Below, piece by piece: positions 16,692-20,000 of a stretch of DNA of 20,000 nucleotides (its first letter is position 1; every line of letters starts with the position of its first letter). The notes below the pieces were generated by a model. That model ran no database searches. It was not told the DNA's origin and saw only the letters and a program-made list of their open reading frames with translations. The DNA is taken from positions 51,017 through 71,016 of the forward strand of contig JABANN010000107.1 of assembly GCA_013115125.1 (NCBI GenBank). Reading direction: 5' to 3'. The stretch is from Perkinsus olseni (lineage: Eukaryota). The position numbers and the translations under genes are program-made.

Positions 16692-19163
16692 TCAACTCTG
16701 TCTTCTGGACATCGAGATTTCTAAGTTAGCTGGCCCGAAGGTGAATCTAGCTTTGACTTCAACCTTGGATATATCAGAACTGTGCTTTATGTTTTCGAAA
16801 TGACGTAGGATCATCGCCAGCACCATAGTGCCCTCTTTGATTGCCATACTCGATCCGGGGCAGCGGCGAGGACCGGAACCGAATGCCAAGTGCTCTTGAA
16901 CACGAGCTCGGTCTACGCCGCCGTCGGAGGTCAACCAACGCTGTGGGCTGAGGAGATCACTTTGTGGACGGATCAAACTAGGTAAGTCATGAATACCAAA
17001 CCTGATGGCTCGTCATCCGAAGTTGGGGCACAACGTTCAAGTCGCATCACGACTGCCGTAATGGCTCTCCAGTTCACGACCCTTCAAAGACTCACCTAAA
17101 GAAGCTGCCGCCCTCAGCGTTGCTCCGCATCTGCTTGCCTGTGAGGGCAACTATCCAGGACCCCACTGGCACTTCATGTCCGCAAACTGACACGTTGGCT
17201 ATGGTCTCGTTCACGATTACGGGAGCCGGTGATTTGAGCTGATGTGCGTGTGAGGCGGCATACATGAAATGGAGAGCAGCTCACCCGTAGGGTTTCCAGA
17301 ATGCAGCTCTCCACGAAGGGTAGTTTGTCGAGATCGTCGTCGATGTCCGGGTCACGGCCCAGGGTGTCCACTTCTTCCCGAGCCCTCGCTTGTGCATCAG
17401 GGTAGAGACAGAGGTAGTAGAGGCTCCAGGCAAGAGCCGCAGATGTGGTCTCAGTGCCAGCGAATAAAATCCTGCACAACAATGCTATCCTTCACTTGAA
17501 CCACTCAAGTAGGTTTCCCCTACGTCACTATGTTTCCCTCGAGGGCACGCTTGTCCAGTTGCAGTAGCTTGCTGAGCAAGTCCGATCGTCTACACTCTCC
17601 CCCTTCTGCCCTTCTCTGCATGGCGAGGGGGGGGGGGGGGGGGGCCCCCCCCCCCCCCCCCGGGGGGCCCCGGGGGGGGGGGGTTGGGGGGTGGTGGGGG
17701 GGGGGGGGGGTGGGGGGGGGTGGGGGGCGGGGGGGGGGGGGGGGGGTGGGTGGGTGGGGGGGGGGGTCGGGGGGGGGGGNNNNNNNNNNCGGGGGGTTTT
17801 GCTTTCCCCGGGGGGCGCGGGCCCCCCCCCCCCCCCCTCCGCGCGGGGGGGGGGGGCGCGGCCCCCCCCCCCCCCCCCTCGCCATGCAGTTCACCAGTGG
17901 CGAACTTGTTCAATCGATCAATGCTCGTGTGGAACTGGGTACGGGTGAATGATGGCGGCGGTTGTCAGTGACAGCCTATGACTATGAATACGAACCTTAC
18001 ACTTCTTATCATCGGGTCCAAATTCCAGGGAAAATGATTTCGAGTTATGAATTGGAAGCCAGCGCGATCCATCACATACGCTGCCCCTTCCACGAAGTGG
18101 GATACTGATTCAGCAATCTTCTTGAAGCCAGTGGACACCGTAACGCCTGAGAGAGATGATGAACAAGTAGGTGGCGGTGAATTCAACTGGGTTGGATGTG
18201 GCTGTTAGGGACGAGTCACTCCACGATTACAGTACCACATTCTCACCGTCGGGGTTGAGGAAATAGAAATCCATTCCGAAGGTGGTGAGGCATAAGACTT
18301 CGAGCGAGCATAGCATAAGCCAGTTGGTCGGCTCCCACACAATGCGACCGTCACAATCTAGAGTCCGCAATTGTCGTACCTAGAGAGCCCCAGTAGGGTC
18401 TACCTCATCAGACTTGCGAGAGGCTGCTGACTTACCAATCTTTTGGCTACGACTGCCATTGCAGGAACCATCTCTGCCGAGTTATGTTCGTTGAACGCCG
18501 GAGCTGCCAGCCTCCTGTTGCGCTTCCACTCCTCCCCTTCCGTGTTGAACATACCAGGAATTGGGAGCAGCTTGTCCTTGTTGAAGGTCCTCAAAAGATT
18601 GTGTGGGCGCTTCTTGAGAATTCCTTTAATCGTCTTACAATCCGTCAAGACGACTGATTCTCGGCCCATGATTCTAAAACACCGTTCTAAAAAATCGTCC
18701 TGCTTGTACCGGCTGATGGACAAAGCGACCCGTTCACGGTGAAGGTTCACCAGATTTACTTGATCGCGTAAGCATCACCATACGTATCGGCCATGATCTC
18801 CAAGGCATAAACGAAGTGCTCGGCCGACCTCGGGACGAAGCCGAAATAAGGAATGGGCTGAGAAAAGTCGTTGCATGGACAGGGAAGACTCGTGATGGAG
18901 CGAGCATGACAGTGGTCAGTCGACATGGACCATTCACGGTGGGGGCTACAGCTACCCTCCGTGAGTGCTACGCCCACCCCGGGAGTTCCGCCAAATCTGT
19001 CACAGAGTGATGGGCGCCGTCTACGTCGTCTGATGGCCCGGTAGAGGTACACAGCAGCCACCACTGCAATCCCCGAGGCCAGGAGGCGGGGGGAGAGGCG
19101 GGAGCGCGCCAATGATCCAACCTTATTGAAGAGGCCGAGAAGGGCGTCGGCGACTGGGAGCAT
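16692..19163 (-). CDS. Cytochrome P450 paralogue 2 (spliced, 9 predicted exons; exon 6 interrupted by a gap/poly-G stretch)
   Basis: MLPVADALLG...AVVAAVYLYRAIRRRRRR anchor, PGPIPYFG, WKRNRR, AGTETT, ETLR, FFSPQRWL (PERF-like) and heme motif FGSGPRRCPG. GT-AG junctions are in the same positions as in paralogue 1. The CYP family cannot be assigned by eye. Confidence 0.88.
17627..17878. other. Poly-G/poly-C low-complexity stretch with a 10-N scaffold gap (probable sequencing/assembly artefact)
   Basis: Ns at 17780-17789 are flanked by G/C homopolymers. The stretch sits mid-exon, where paralogue 1 reads NKFADDLAVQRRAE without interruption. Confidence 0.85.
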
Positions 19164-19891
19164 GTTTGCGGAGTGAACGCCTGAGGCCCGAGAGGCCGAG
19201 AGGGCCAAAGACTCCCGTTGATGATGGAGCACAGCGTACACTGGAAATGCCCGAGAGGGACCTCAGCGCGAACGTCACGTCTTGCTCTGCCGCCGGACTC
19301 GCATTTGCCTCTTTGACAAGTTTCCACTCCGTGATGCGGAGCGGTTGCACGCATGCCCTGAGTGAGCCCATGTTCATCGGATGAACTTCATCCAACGCAA
19401 TATGTTCCCACGGAATGAGCTTGCTAGCACAACTCCCACGACACAGCCCGACGACCTGCAGTGCGATTGTGCCAGCGTCTTATGTACCGTCGTCGACTGC
19501 GTCGGGACTTCATAATATGCCAGCGCGTTTTGAAACCTGAACGCATGTGGCCACGCATGCGCATTTGAGGGTGTACGCATGCCCTGCGCATGATCACTTA
19601 TTCGCTAATAACTCCATAGCCAGTTAGCTATCGGCCACCCGACGAACTTCGGTAGCATGGGCCTCTCAGCCTCTACCCGCTGTATGTATCTCAACTTCGT
19701 ATCTGTTGTACATTTCGAACTAAACATGATCAACGACGAACAAAATTTCCGAATTTCACTTGCTCAACAACCAAAGGTTCTGGGAACTTGCTGGGAATTA
19801 GAAGTGCTTTTCGCGCTCGAACTGCCGCGCAGTTGTGTCAATCTTAGAATCGCAGCGGGGAGATTTCCGGTATGGCTCAAGTTGACCACCC

Positions 19892-19975
19892 GAAATTGAT
19901 GTCCTTATCAGCGAAATTGACTTCCTCAACCATGAAATTGTGTGCCTTATTCGCGGAATTGAATTCCTTACTTGA
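19892..19975 (+). repeat. Degenerate 21-bp tandem repeat, 4 units
   Basis: gaaattgatgtccttatcagc / gaaattgacttcctcaaccat / gaaattgtgtgccttattcgc / ggaattgaattccttacttga. Confidence 0.75.
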
Positions 19976-20000
19976 GGCCTGCCGCTAAAATGACTTCTTT

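Noticed and set aside
17520-17971. Pro-rich and Gly-rich ORFs, and a G-quadruplex interpretation
   Set aside because: They derive from homopolymer sequence around an N gap and are unreliable.
19873-19881. tggctcaag resembling the 3' end of the dinoflagellate/perkinsid spliced leader
   Set aside because: Only 9 nt match and the upstream leader sequence is absent; compatible with chance.

Overview
Eukaryotic, gene-dense window with many short GT-AG introns (mostly about 40-70 nt). The style suggests a protist, possibly an alveolate such as Perkinsus, but this is inference only. The plus strand carries three tandem intronless paralogues of an unknown family (about 370 aa each). They share a near-identical ~250-bp internal cassette of lower GC while the rest of each gene is highly diverged. 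Next come a 13-exon HAD class IIA (NagD/PGP-like) phosphatase with an N-terminal RxENxxWR (DUF1752/Reg1/AreA-like) motif, and a ~20-exon gene with a plant-PRAF/PLC-like PH domain and a coiled-coil region. The minus strand carries two tandem cytochrome P450 paralogues. The copy at 11890-14073 lacks 155 bp containing the PERF-like motif and heme-binding Cys and is frameshifted, so it is probably a pseudogene. The copy at 16692-19163 looks intact apart from a poly-G/C plus N stretch that is probably an assembly artefact. The spacer between the P450s is strongly enriched in interlocking palindromes with 1-nt centres. All exon structures were read by hand and are predictions.
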